Made by a program: the position numbers and the translations under genes
Assembly (NCBI RefSeq): GCF_006345805.1
Contig: NC_043001.1
Location: 119,040,001 to 119,104,000 of the forward strand
Reading direction: 5' to 3'
DNA: 64,000 nt
Source of the DNA: Octopus sinensis
Lineage: Eukaryota
Part shown: in pieces, positions 39,632 to 50,950 of the stretch
How positions within the stretch are numbered: the first letter of the stretch is position 1
Layout of the letters: every line of letters begins with the position of its first letter
The notes under the pieces: model-generated
Told to the model about the DNA's origin: nothing
Database searches by the model: none
What the model saw: the letters and a program-made list of their open reading frames with translations, nothing else

Positions 39632-39635
<4 letters not shown>
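39511..39635 (+). mobile_element. R4/Dong-like family 1, 3' end
   Basis: One substitution versus 38609-38733; in (AAT)n. Confidence 0.9.
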
Positions 39636-39676
<41 letters not shown>

Positions 39677-39773
39677 TAATAATAATAATAATAACAATAA
39701 TAATAATAATAATAATAATGATAATAATAATAATAATAACAATAACAATAATAACAATAATAATAACAATAAC

Positions 39774-39877
<104 letters not shown>

Positions 39878-39884
39878 TAATAAT

Positions 39885-39977
39885 ATGGTGTACCTTTATC
39901 AGACGGGTAGTCATGATGGGTATATTGGGCTTCGTATATTTTACCCCAGTGTCACTTTGAACTGCTCTCTCACTCAA
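39885..39977 (+). mobile_element. Element E, 5'-truncated
   Basis: Only the last ~90 bp of E plus the (AAT)n tail. Confidence 0.85.
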
Positions 39978-40021
39978 TGATAATAATAATAATAATAATA
40001 GTAATAATAATAATAATAATG

Positions 40022-41092
40022 ATATTTATGGTAAAGATGAATTCCAAGTCAGTTCCCTCGTTGATACGGTGTATTCTTTCAGTGCTGATATCAGAATGGA
40101 GTTCAGACTGAAAAATGTGTGGTGTATTAGTCTTGAAGAGAGGCAAAATCAAATGTATGGACGGTCTAGGGGAAGGTTATGAAGTAGATAGAAGAGACGG
40201 GCTATAAGTACTTGAGGATATTGGAAATGGATAAATTGATGGAGAAAGAAATGATAGAAAAATTTAAGGGGGAATACTTGCACAGACTGAGACTGATCAA
40301 GAAGTCGAAATGAAACAGTCGGAATAAGATTGAAGCTATCAACGCCTGGGTAGTTTCACTCCTTAGATATGGAGCTAGGGTAATCGCATGGACAGTAGAC
40401 GAACTAAATAGATTAGACAAGAAAACAAAGAAGTTGCTAACTAGATATGGGACACTCCACCCAAAAAGTGACACAGACAGACTATATGTACCAAGAAAAA
40501 GACGAGGAGAGGACTGATTGGATGCGAACACAGCATTAGAGCAGAAGCAAACAATATAGCATGGTACGTAAAAATGCCACTGAACCGCTATTATTGGAAG
40601 TAAGAAGGTCAGGCTTGTGTAAGATGGAAGGTTGCAAAGATAAAGCACAGTACGAGGACTTGAGAATGAATGAAACTGAAAATAGGTGGATAAAGAAAAG
40701 AATGCCTTGAGCAATTTCATAGGGATGTTCAACGTAAGACAGACAAAGAAAAAAGATAGCTATGGATGATTAAATGTGATTTAAAACCGGAAATAGGGAC
40801 TGTAATCTGTGCTGCCCAAGAACAAGCATTAAGAACGAATTACATCAAAAACAGAATAGACAAGATATCAGAAAGTGATAAGTGCAGAATTTGTGGACAA
40901 AATGGTGAAACCGCATGGCATATTACCAGTCAATGCACGCCACTAGCTCAGAAAGAATATAAGAGACGTCATGACAATATAGCAAGAATTATCCATTGGG
41001 CACTTTGCAACAAGTATGGACTTGAACAGAGCAATAAGTGGTACGAACATAAACTCGAAGGCATCAGCGAAAATGATAATGCAAATATTATT
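40022..41092 (+). mobile_element. R4/Dong-like LINE internal fragment: RT C-terminus + CCHC finger (pseudogene)
   Basis: YGKDEFQVSSLVDTVYSFSADIRMEF...GYKYL...LHPKSDTDRLYVPRK...AAQEQALRTN...CRICGQNGETAWHITSQC...EYKRRHD; frameshifts and stops. Confidence 0.9.
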
Positions 41093-41864
41093 TAATTTTT
41101 TAAAAATTCTGTAATTCGTTTAATTTTTGCTTAAATATTCTAAAATTTATTAATTTTGTTTTAAAAATTTAACTTCTGAACTGTATATTTTTATCTTAAT
41201 GTATCTTATATTACAATTATTTCAATTTTGAAATATTACTCTTTTAAGGAAAGTGTTTTTTCTTCGAAATGGAGTATCTTTCCTAGTGAATAATATATTA
41301 TTTTCCTTTAGAATCCTCATTAACTCAACCACCCTTCCTCTTCTTATAGTTTATACCTAAAATTAATATAAATCAAATGACATTTCCTGCGTGACTTAAT
41401 AACAATATATCTACTGATTAGCTTGTTTCTACATACCACCTCTGTGTATTTGAATTGGTTAGTCGTTGTGTGAATGTGATAGGTATTTTGACGGGTAGGA
41501 CGGAAGAAACTAAATATCATATAACAACTGTATCATGGCCTGATAAATACAATTCCTAAGTAGGTCTACTGAAATACCTCCCTACTTCTTATATATGTCA
41601 AATATCATTAGTTTTACTATTATTCCCCTTAAAATGTTCTCTATTCCAAGCAGTGCTGTATGGGTTTGATAAGGATAGGAATAGGATAATGCTAAATTTC
41701 TTTATCTCTGTAGAATGTTAACCAATCATATATGGAATCGGTAAAAATGCATCATTACTCCATCGCGGAATTTTAGAGTTTACCAGTCTATTCGAAACAT
41801 GGCGTAACTTGATTAAACAATGTATAATTCTCCATTCTTGTGTGTATATATATATATATATAAA

Positions 41865-42401
41865 ATTAATTTAGGGTAGAAATTGATATTTATCAATTAG
41901 AACCAGTGGTCTAGCATATTAAAAAAAGAATCCGAAGATTAAAATATTTATATATACCAATTAAGGACTGAACACGAAAAGTGGACAGTCAACATGCTAG
42001 ATATAGACGTCACATCGCCATTCTCCACAAAAGATTATGTTCTCAGATCAAACTCAGCACAAAACCATAGCAATAGCCAGAGTAAAGGCAATTGAAATAT
42101 ATATTCAAATGTAATAGGATGTACTCCATGCACGCGATATTTCGGTATCGTGTTTGCATCTAGTCCAGCAAATTGCATTTATATCGGACCATGCTGTTGA
42201 TGGCTGCAGTTTTCCTTGCGGAAAATAACAGCCGAAACTAATTAGTACATGGGTAAATATTTATTTCGTATATTTTCACTTGTTTATTGCTATGGTTTTG
42301 TGCTGAGTTTGATCTGAGAACATAATCTTTTGTGGAGAATGGCGATTTGACGTCTATATCTAGCATGTTGACTGTCCACTTTTCGTGTTCAGTCCTTAAT
42401 T

Positions 42402-42405
<4 letters not shown>
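41865..42405. mobile_element. Fold-back Penelope-like terminal element in (TA)n
   Basis: 121-bp inverted arms 41955-42075 and 42285-42405 (1 mismatch); 209-bp spacer with hammerhead motif; extra tail 41865-41954. Confidence 0.7.
42189..42252 (+). ncRNA. Type I hammerhead ribozyme-like motif, core variant CUGUUGA
   Basis: Stem I CCATG/CATGG; stem II GGCTG..TTTTCC-TTGC-GGAAAA..CAGCC; GAAA; palindromic stem III ACTAATTAGT; GUA cleavage triplet (after 42247). Confidence 0.65.
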
Positions 42406-42434
<29 letters not shown>

Positions 42435-42435
<1 letters not shown>

Positions 42436-42630
42436 TCGGATTGGTTATCCCGTGTTTTATCGAATCAAGCTTAAAATGTTTATACTTATATATGTATATA
42501 TTATGTATGTGCTTACCTTTAATAGTGAAGGTATATGCGTTTTTCTACCTCCATACTTAGCTCCTTGCACACAAGTCTACGAACGTACATAATGCAGTTA
42601 TATGCAAACACAGAAGCATTATAAATCTAT
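42435..42630 (+). repeat. AT-rich dispersed repeat G, copy 2
   Basis: Similar to 37100-37305. Confidence 0.7.
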
Positions 42631-43440
42631 GCATGCATACATACATCCATACATACATACATCCATACATACATACATCCATACATAGTGCGTGTGTGCG
42701 TGTATGATTACGAATGAATACACATACTAACATGAAAGTATACCATACACTTACATGTAATACAACGCTACTGTTGCGGACATTCATTCCAACATGCCTT
42801 GCCAAGTTGATTATCCATACACGAATGTACCTGTAAGGCAATATAGACATCTATAGAATTTATTCTACGGTATTATATCCGTGTACTGAAGGACTGTATA
42901 TGTCAGAGGTCAAACTCTATACAGACAAACTCTAGTTATGACGAGACATCTGATGAATAGAATTATTGAACGCTGTTAAAAGCTGGGATGAACTGGAAGC
43001 AACAGAAGTTTTTGAATAACAATCGCCATGTCACTTATTCACTTATTCCTGTTAACCAGACGTCTTCCAGCATTTAACTTCTCTTTTATTATAACCTTAA
43101 TATATATTGTAATAAAGGACCGTGGGTAAGGCCAGAATAAGGAGAAGTAAATGCAAGGCAAATCCCAAGAAAGTAAATATGTGAATTAATGTAGACTTAC
43201 CTTGCGTTCAATATTTCGGGGTTGTGACCCTATTTTCAAGCAATATTGTTGCCGATATGCGTATATGTATATATGTATATGTATGTATGCATGTATGTAT
43301 GTGTGTGTGTGCATGTGTGTATACACACACATATATATGTAGAAGGTTGAAAAGGAACACACGAGTTGATATATATATATAAGAATGTATGGTATATATA
43401 TATATATTTATATATATATATATATATGTATGTATATATG

Positions 43441-44014
43441 ACTCCGTTTGGTACTCGGTCCTTCCAGGAGATGCCAAGGATCCGTCGAAGACACCGCATG
43501 TGGAAGCCGCTGGAACAGACTAATATGCCAAGCATGTATGCCCTCCTCGTGCGGAGACGACTGCGCTGGCTCGGACACGTCTGCCGCATGCAGGACGGTC
43601 GCATGCCTAAAGACATCCTGTACAGCGAACTCGCCACGGGATCCCGACCCAAGGGACGTCCACAGCTACGATACAGGGACGTGTGCAAGCGCGACCTGAG
43701 GACTGCCAACATCTGTGTGGACACGTGGGAGGAAACAGCTGCTGACCGCTCTGCCTGGCGTCGGACGGTGAGGAAGGGCGTTTCCATGGCTGAGGAGAGG
43801 AGAGCACAGCTGTGGTTGGACAGGCGGGACAGGAGGAGGACAACTGCAGCAACACCCCACACGTACCCATCGATGTTCGTGTGCAGCAACTGTACCAAGG
43901 ACTGCCACTCTAGAATTGGACTGTTCAGTCACAGCAGACGCTGCACATCATCAAAGTAGGCCCCCACCCTTGGCGCAACCCATTGTCTATCAAGACAGAC
44001 GGGGATAAAGAAGA
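43441..44014 (+). mobile_element. RTE-clade LINE 3' end with 5' inversion
   Basis: Forward 43510-43959: LEQTNMPSMYALLVRRRLRWLGHVCRMQDGRMPKDILYSEL...[21 protein letters not shown]; 43441-43509 encodes GFHMRCLRRILGISWKDRVPN on the minus strand. Confidence 0.92.
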
Positions 44015-44132
44015 TGTATATATATATGTATATATATATATATATATGCATGCATGCATGTATGCATGTATGTATGTATGTATGTATGTATGTATGTATG
44101 TATGTATGTATGTATGTATGTATGTATGTATG

Positions 44133-44197
<65 letters not shown>

Positions 44198-44203
<6 letters not shown>

Positions 44204-44393
44204 TATATAGAAGGAGCTTCTACAGGACTAGAACTGTTTCATTCAAGAGAAATCTTCAGGAAGCCCTGAAGATTTCTCTTGAATGAAACAGTTCTAGTCC
44301 TGTAGAAGCTCCTTCTATATAATAAATTAATTTTACTCTGCTATGTATTGAGTACCTTATTTACTGTGGTTAACCCCGAATCAACCCGGGACC

Positions 44394-44397
<4 letters not shown>
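44198..44397. mobile_element. Fold-back Penelope-like terminal element in (TA)n (duplicated at 45400-45599)
   Basis: Perfect 63-bp arms 44198-44260 and 44265-44327 with 4-nt spacer, then a 70-bp tail and (TA)n. Confidence 0.75.
44214..44266 (-). ncRNA. Type I hammerhead ribozyme-like motif
   Basis: GGGCTTC-CTGAAGA-TTTCTCTTGAAT-GAA-ACAG-TTCTAGTC-CTGT-A-GAAGCTC: 7-bp stem I, intact core, 4-bp stem III, GUA triplet; U-U at 10.1/11.1. Confidence 0.7.
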
Positions 44398-44431
<34 letters not shown>

Positions 44432-44489
44432 TGTATGGTATGTAGATATTTAAGCTGTACATATATGTATGCATAGGGATATAGACATA

Positions 44490-44850
44490 CATAATGTAGA
44501 GTTCAGTCCATTATCGCTGAAGATTTGGTATGAGACGCGTATCTACCAAGCTTGTGCCTAAACTGCTTTCAGTTGACCAAAAAGACACTCGGGTTTCAGT
44601 TGCATAAGATCTCCTTGATTGTGTCGAGAACGATGAAAAGGTTTTGATAGCTTTGCGTAGGCCTCTGAGCAGGTATCGCCAAATTTTGGCAAAATTTGAT
44701 CCACAGGTCTTGCATCCTCTCCTTGCCTTTTCTAATGGTGCAACAAAGGTCGCTGCTCCTCGTGCCACCACCTCTAATAGTCATCCCGCTTTTCGTCATT
44801 CTATTTCGACTGATCCCTCACTCTTTCGTAGGTCGCACACTATCTGCTTC
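44490..44850. mobile_element. Rearranged mariner transposase fragments (duplicated at 45692-46052)
   Basis: + strand VQSIIAEDL-MRRVSTKLVPKLLSVDQKDTRVSVA*DLLDCVENDE abuts the minus-strand N-terminus LWIKFCQNL. Confidence 0.75.
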
Positions 44851-45206
44851 TTTAATCTCTAAGTCCTCCCATTCGAGATTGTCAGCCGTAGTTCAACTGA
44901 GACGTTATGTATTAATATCATCGATCACTAGGGGACAGCCAAAAACATTGATCAAATTACATTCCTCCACACCAAACCAATACATTCATGCACATACACA
45001 GACCTACACATACACACACACACACACTTATCTGTGTACACTAGTTATGTATGTGTATATAACTCTTAATATGTACGTACATATATCTACGTACTCACAC
45101 GTATACATACATACACACACACACGTATATATGTATATATATATATATATATATACAAACGCACATATATATATATATAATATATATAATATATATATAC
45201 ATATAG

Positions 45207-45239
<33 letters not shown>

Positions 45240-45346
45240 ATATATAATATATATATGCATGCATGCATGTATGCATGTATGTATGTATGTATGTATGTAT
45301 GTATGTATGTATGTATGTATGTATGTATGTATGTATGTATATATAT

Positions 45347-45405
<59 letters not shown>

Positions 45406-45415
45406 TATATAGAAG

Positions 45416-45468
45416 GAGCTTCTACAGGACTAGAACTGTTTCATTCAAGAGAAATCTTCAGGAAGCCC
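45416..45468 (-). ncRNA. Second copy of the hammerhead-like motif
   Basis: Identical copy inside the tandem duplication. Confidence 0.65.
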
Positions 45469-45595
45469 TGAAGATTTCTCTTGAATGAAACAGTTCTAGT
45501 CCTGTAGAAGCTCCTTCTATATAATAAATTAATTTTACTCTGCTATGTATTGAGTACCTTATTTACTGTGGTTAACCCCGAATCAACCCGGGACC

Positions 45596-45633
<38 letters not shown>

Positions 45634-46407
45634 TGTATGGTATGTAGATATTTAAGCTGTACATATATGTATGCATAGGGATATAGACATACATAATGTA
45701 GAGTTCAGTCCATTATCGCTGAAGATTTGGTATGAGACGCGTATCTACCAAGCTTGTGCCTAAACTGCTTTCAGTTGACCAAAAAGACACTCGGGTTTCA
45801 GTTGCATAAGATCTCCTTGATTGTGTCGAGAACGATGAAAAGGTTTTGATAGCTTTGCGTAGGCCTCTGAGCAGGTATCGCCAAATTTTGGCAAAATTTG
45901 ATCCACAGGTCTTGCATCCTCTCCTTGCCTTTTCTAATGGTGCAACAAAGGTCGCTGCTCCTCGTGCCACCACCTCTAATAGTCATCCCGCTTTTCGTCA
46001 TTCTATTTCGACTGATCCCTCACTCTTTCGTAGGTCGCACACTATCTGCTTCTTTAATCTCTAAGTCCTCCCATTCGAGATTGTCAGCCGTAGTTCAACT
46101 GAGACGTTATGTATTAATATCATCGATCACTAGGGGACAGCCAAAAACATTGATCAAATTACATTCCTCCACACCAAACCAATACATTCATGCACATACA
46201 CAGACCTACACATACACACACACACACACTTATCTGTGTACACTAGTTATGTATGTGTATATAACTCTTAATATGTACGTACATATATCTACGTACTCAC
46301 ACGTATACATACATACACACACACACGTATATATGTTATATATATATATATATATACAAACGCACATATATATTATATAATATATATATAATATATATAT
46401 ACATATA

Positions 46408-46474
<67 letters not shown>

Positions 46475-47214
46475 ATGCATAAACACATATATAAGTATAC
46501 ACGCATACTCACACACACACACACATATACATACAGTCAGCACTCTTTTTTCCTTCCAATATCTCTATAATTGGAATATTGTTGAAGCGGGACCTAAGAG
46601 TCAGTATTCAGAGAAAATACAACATAAAGTATTCGAACACATATACACATATTTACACATACTCATCTCCACATACACACACACACTTTACCCGTGTGTC
46701 CACACATATTGATGCATAGTTTGATCAGGAGAACAGAAAATAATAATAATTGGCGGCAAACTTACATAATTTCCGTTCTATTTTGGGTAAGAGACACGTT
46801 TACATCCTAAGAGATATAAACAAAATCAAATAAGTTATTATTGTGCAAGCATGAATTTGGTGTTTTGCGTCCAATTTATCTCACTAGCTTGTTTATCTCA
46901 CTGTTGTTAGATACACAACTGAACTGTTATCATTTATCATTTTGGTTCAAATTTTAATTTCTTGTCCGTAAACAGTAATTCTAAATGTGCCGTTTGTGGA
47001 TTTTGTTTTTCATTTTTTTTCTCTCAGTAGTTGATTTATGTTTTTATTTTATTTTTTAATTAACATATTAGATATAGTTTTTTTTTAAAACTTAGAAAGT
47101 GTTTATTTGTAACCATTTATGACATGTTGTAGTTTTCTTCTGTCTTGCTAGGAACCATTGTCTTTGTATTTTTAAAACTTTTAGCTGTCGTTGTTTTTAC
47201 TGTTTTGTTGTTGC

Positions 47215-47400
47215 TTCCACCCTCAGGTCAACCCAGGGCTCGCAGACATATGATCAAGTTATTCCGACGCTAAAGATCTTAATGTTCTTGTTTTAGTTTT
47301 GTTGCTGTGCAATGTAACCAGGACTAAATCATTTAATTGTATATTTCCTATTGTAAGACAGTAAAGAGGGATTGCAGATGATTTGCTATTTCTCGCGGGC
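47215..47400 (-). mobile_element. Family D repeat
   Basis: CTCAGGTCAACCCAGGGCTCGCAGACATATGATCAAG...GATTTGCTATTTCTCGC. Confidence 0.5.
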
Positions 47401-48204
47401 TCGATTTTTTAGATAAGTTGTCTTTAAAGTTATTGTTTAACCCATGACGACTCCTGCCAATCAGACTTCTGATTAAAGGTGTCTTTTCTTTGATGCTCTC
47501 TCCATATTTCAATTGTAGTCATTGTACAACATCACCCTGTATTGCTTCTTTTTCTTTATAATTAAGACACCAAGTTTAGGGGTCATATATATGGCATTTC
47601 TCATAAATTACACGTTCAAGGTCGCTCGTTAGCTCTTTTACATAATTCAATATTATGAGTCTTAATTCTCTATATTTTTGTGGTAACTGATTTTTGTTTT
47701 AGTACTACAATGTGTAGACAGATATACTAAACACTCTGTGTCTATGTAGAATACCTTCGAGGACAAAAACAAAAAGATATTAGTTTAAAATGTATAGGTA
47801 TGATCTGCAGTACAGCATACCATTGAAATGACATTATTAACGCATCAGTAATTTATTAAAGGAACTGGCTGCAAAGAATGCATTATATATGAAAATTGGC
47901 CAGTCTAGTTTACTTCAACAGTTAGTAATAAGGGTTTTATAAGTAGTATCATTGAATAGTTGAGAAGCGTTTTCATTTGCTGATCAAATCTTTTCACATA
48001 GTTAAAACTAATCAGAGCGATCCCCCTTTTACTGTCCACGTAGGTATTATATATAAACACACAAAGTCTACAATTGCTTGTTATACACATAGTTGAATAA
48101 AATCTACAAATGTATTGTTCCAATGTAAACATAGCAAAACGCATCAATAACTTATTGTCTTCTACAATTATGAGTATTATAGAAGTTACAAACTTTTTTT
48201 ATTA

Positions 48205-48460
48205 TCAACCAGGGGTCCTCTCTGTGTCCAAGAGTTAGCTTGCGAAAACATTCCAGTTCCTTTGTGTTGTGCTGCATGCAGACAATCAGCCAAGTTCTTG
48301 TTTCCGGGTCACATCTGATGTTGTCAGTCCACAAGCATCTTTGCCAGTCTCTTCTTCTCTTCCCCTCCACACTTCCTGTTAGGATGACTTGGGCTATGAC
48401 TCCTGGCACATCGTATCTCCAAATTTTGCTGGCTTTGTGGACTTGGTTCTCGAAAATAGG
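48205..48460 (-). mobile_element. RTE LINE C-terminal remnant
   Basis: VIAQVILTGSVEGKRRRDWQRCLWTDNIR matches ILQGxVEGKRRRGRQRxRWxDNI. Confidence 0.75.
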
Positions 48461-48514
48461 TGTCCTCGGGCTTACATTCCTTTCTAGTACTGTAGCATTT
48501 GTTACTTTGTCTTA

Positions 48515-48639
48515 CTCTTTTACTCTTTTACTTGTTTCAGTCATTTGACTGTGGCCATGCCGAACCGCTAGGTTACAGGGACGTAAACACACCACCATCG
48601 GTTGTCAAGCGATGTTGGGGGACCGACACAAACACATAA

Positions 48640-48670
<31 letters not shown>

Positions 48671-48838
48671 CATATATACGACGGGCTTCTTTCAGCTTCC
48701 GTCTACCAAATCCACTCACAAGGCTTTGGTCAGCCCGAGGCTATAGTAGAAGACACTTGCCCAAGGTGCCACGCAGTGGGAATGAACCCAGAACCATGTG
48801 GTTTGTAAGCAAGCTACTTACCACACAGCCACTCTTGC
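48515..48838 (-). mobile_element. CORE-type SINE with CR1-type tail, internal deletion
   Basis: Head GGCAAGAGTGGCTGTGTGGTAAGTAGCTTGC; tail GCATGGCCACAGTCAAATGACTGAAACAAGTAAAAGAG. Confidence 0.85.
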
Positions 48839-49049
48839 CAGCTTATTCTACTTAATCTACGAAAGATTCACAACTCAAAGGCATCTATCATCTCCATTGC
48901 TCTGTACATTGTCTAACTTTCTACCTCACAGAGGACGATTGGCTTAATATAACAAGTTACTAGTTTAGGTGCAGTACTGTCTTTCGAGGAAAAGATCTTC
49001 ATTCTTATAAATGTTGCTTTGCTCTTGTTATTCTTGGAGTAGCTTCTTT

Positions 49050-49250
49050 ACACAGCGACTTCTCGAATGTTCTGTTTACTTTTTACTTGTTCAAGCTTAT
49101 GTCCATCTACATTTCTGTTTTCTACCTTTCGTTCTGTCCGATTAAGAACCATTCTATTTGTTGTTTTTACCCTCACATTTAGAGGTTTCTTGTTCCTTTT
49201 AACAACATCAATAATTTCTTGTAATTTCTCATTGGCGCCTGTCAAAAATG
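49050..49250 (-). mobile_element. RTE RT-domain remnant
   Basis: EKLQEIIDVV...LNVRVKTTNRMV...VDGHKLEQVK. Confidence 0.6.
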
Positions 49251-50299
49251 TTGTAACCTTTATATAACCTGTTTAGCGTGTAAAACGCATTTGTATTTTC
49301 TGCCCCTTGTACAATACTAGCATGTTTGAAATGATACTTTTGATATAAAAACAGCATATGTTGCCGGGAATAATCTAGAAGACCGCATCGTGTTAGGAAC
49401 TGACGGTGATTATAAACACTCACAACACAATTGTTTTAGTCAACTTTTAATTAATTTGAATATCCGAGTTGTCACCCTTACATTTCGTGATGAGAGTGAA
49501 ATAATTAAATCTATTTTAGTCTTCCTCATTTCGTGTATAATATTAATTTATTAATTTGTTTTTCTTTACTACATTCAATATGCTACATTCTAGTTAGTTA
49601 TACACGTTAGCACGATGATGATGATGATGATGATGATGGTGGTGATGGTGTTGGTGATGGTATTGGTGGTGTGGTTATGATCATGATTATAATCATCATC
49701 GTTATAACTATCAATATGTCGTCGATCAATATGACGATCACTGATAACCATAGTGATCTTGATCCTGATCATCAATATCCTCCTTCTTCTCCTCGTCGTC
49801 GTCGTCATCATCATCATCATCATCGTCATCATATCAAGATGATCACAATAGTTCTAACGTCGGATTTCCAAAACTTACATTGATTAGATGAAACTTATAC
49901 CTTCCTATAATGTTACACGGTCCATTTCGATAATGCGTAATTCATGACACCTCTTAACGTAGCATAATCTATACTGTAGCATGCTTCATCTTTAATTATC
50001 AGTAGGAACGCATTGATAATGTAACTTATTAGTCACCTTTATGAGAAATGTGCACCACAAATAAGATTGTACACCTAATGGATCACACTTCACCTTTAAT
50101 TTTCCACTCACAGCAAATCCGCCATAGTTTCCGATGATGGCTCGTTACTGATTTATATTCTATGCTGTATGTACTTGTTTCATACAATCCTTCACTTTTA
50201 CAGAGGTGTAAACGTCATGGGAAAGTAGGGTTCCGATAAAAGTAGGGGTTTCTTCATCAATTGTAGCTTAAACTTAGATTGGATTTAGATATGTAGGGT

Positions 50300-50520
50300 G
50301 TCTATGAATCAATAATGGACCTGCTACAGATAGCAGTGGAATCGCCTTCAACTCGCACCTCACCGTCTTTACAAAAGACAGTTCGGGATCAAAAGAAGAG
50401 AAGAGTACATTCAGAAACGTAATAACTGACATACAAAATGATGGGATGGTCAAGGCTGGAACAAATTGGATCACATATCTATTTGCACGGGGCTAAAGAG
50501 ATGGGGCTAAACATCATCAA
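50300..50520 (+). mobile_element. Family D repeat
   Basis: GACCTGCTACAGATAGCAG...GGGATGGTCAAGGCTGGAA...GGGGCTAAACATCATC. Confidence 0.5.
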
Positions 50521-50619
50521 TCCTAAGTCCCAAAGCCGAGCTAAATCTTTCAGAGAGCATCTTTTTCTTCATGCGGCTACAAGCGAAATGTCTCTCACAA
50601 TACCGCGCCTACAATTTTT

Positions 50620-50950
50620 GTCATAGCTTTAATAGATGCTCAATTTAATGGCGTGTGTGTCTCTATCAATAGCACCATATGTAGCTGAGGGGTCTTCTTT
50701 TCCCATTAGAACGCGAAAGTCGCCGCAGTATAACATCTATCATAGCCTTATTCAGCACGACAGCGGTGAGCAGCGAAGAGTACCCTGCATTGAATAATCA
50801 TAGCAGAGATGGGTGATATGTTTTTATTAACCTCCACCTTGGTCCTGAGTTTTTTTTAAGCCTGGTGCATAGTCTTTGCCGAAAATCTGCCATGCTGTTA
50901 GCTCTATCTCTTACATCTAATGCTTGTTAATATTTGGTCCCACCTTACCC
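50620..50950 (-). mobile_element. Very old LINE endonuclease remnant
   Basis: Scattered motifs DQGGG and LYCGDFR with many stops. Confidence 0.35.

Larger units (their letters stand above)
44048..46451 (+). repeat. Direct tandem duplication, 1202-bp unit
   Basis: Constant 1202 offset (44199/45401, 44511/45713); unique cores identical in all lines compared; junctions lie in (TA)n/(TATG)n. Confidence 0.92.

Noticed and set aside
41095-41260. Abrupt AT-rich homopolymer stretch ending the R4 fragment
   Set aside because: Looks like degraded low-complexity or low-quality consensus; no structure to interpret.
42945-43000. CTGATGA...GAAC as a hammerhead
   Set aside because: GAAC instead of GAAA and the stems do not pair.
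50300-50626. Protein-like open frames near 50310-50626
   Set aside because: Explained by a family D repeat and old LINE debris.
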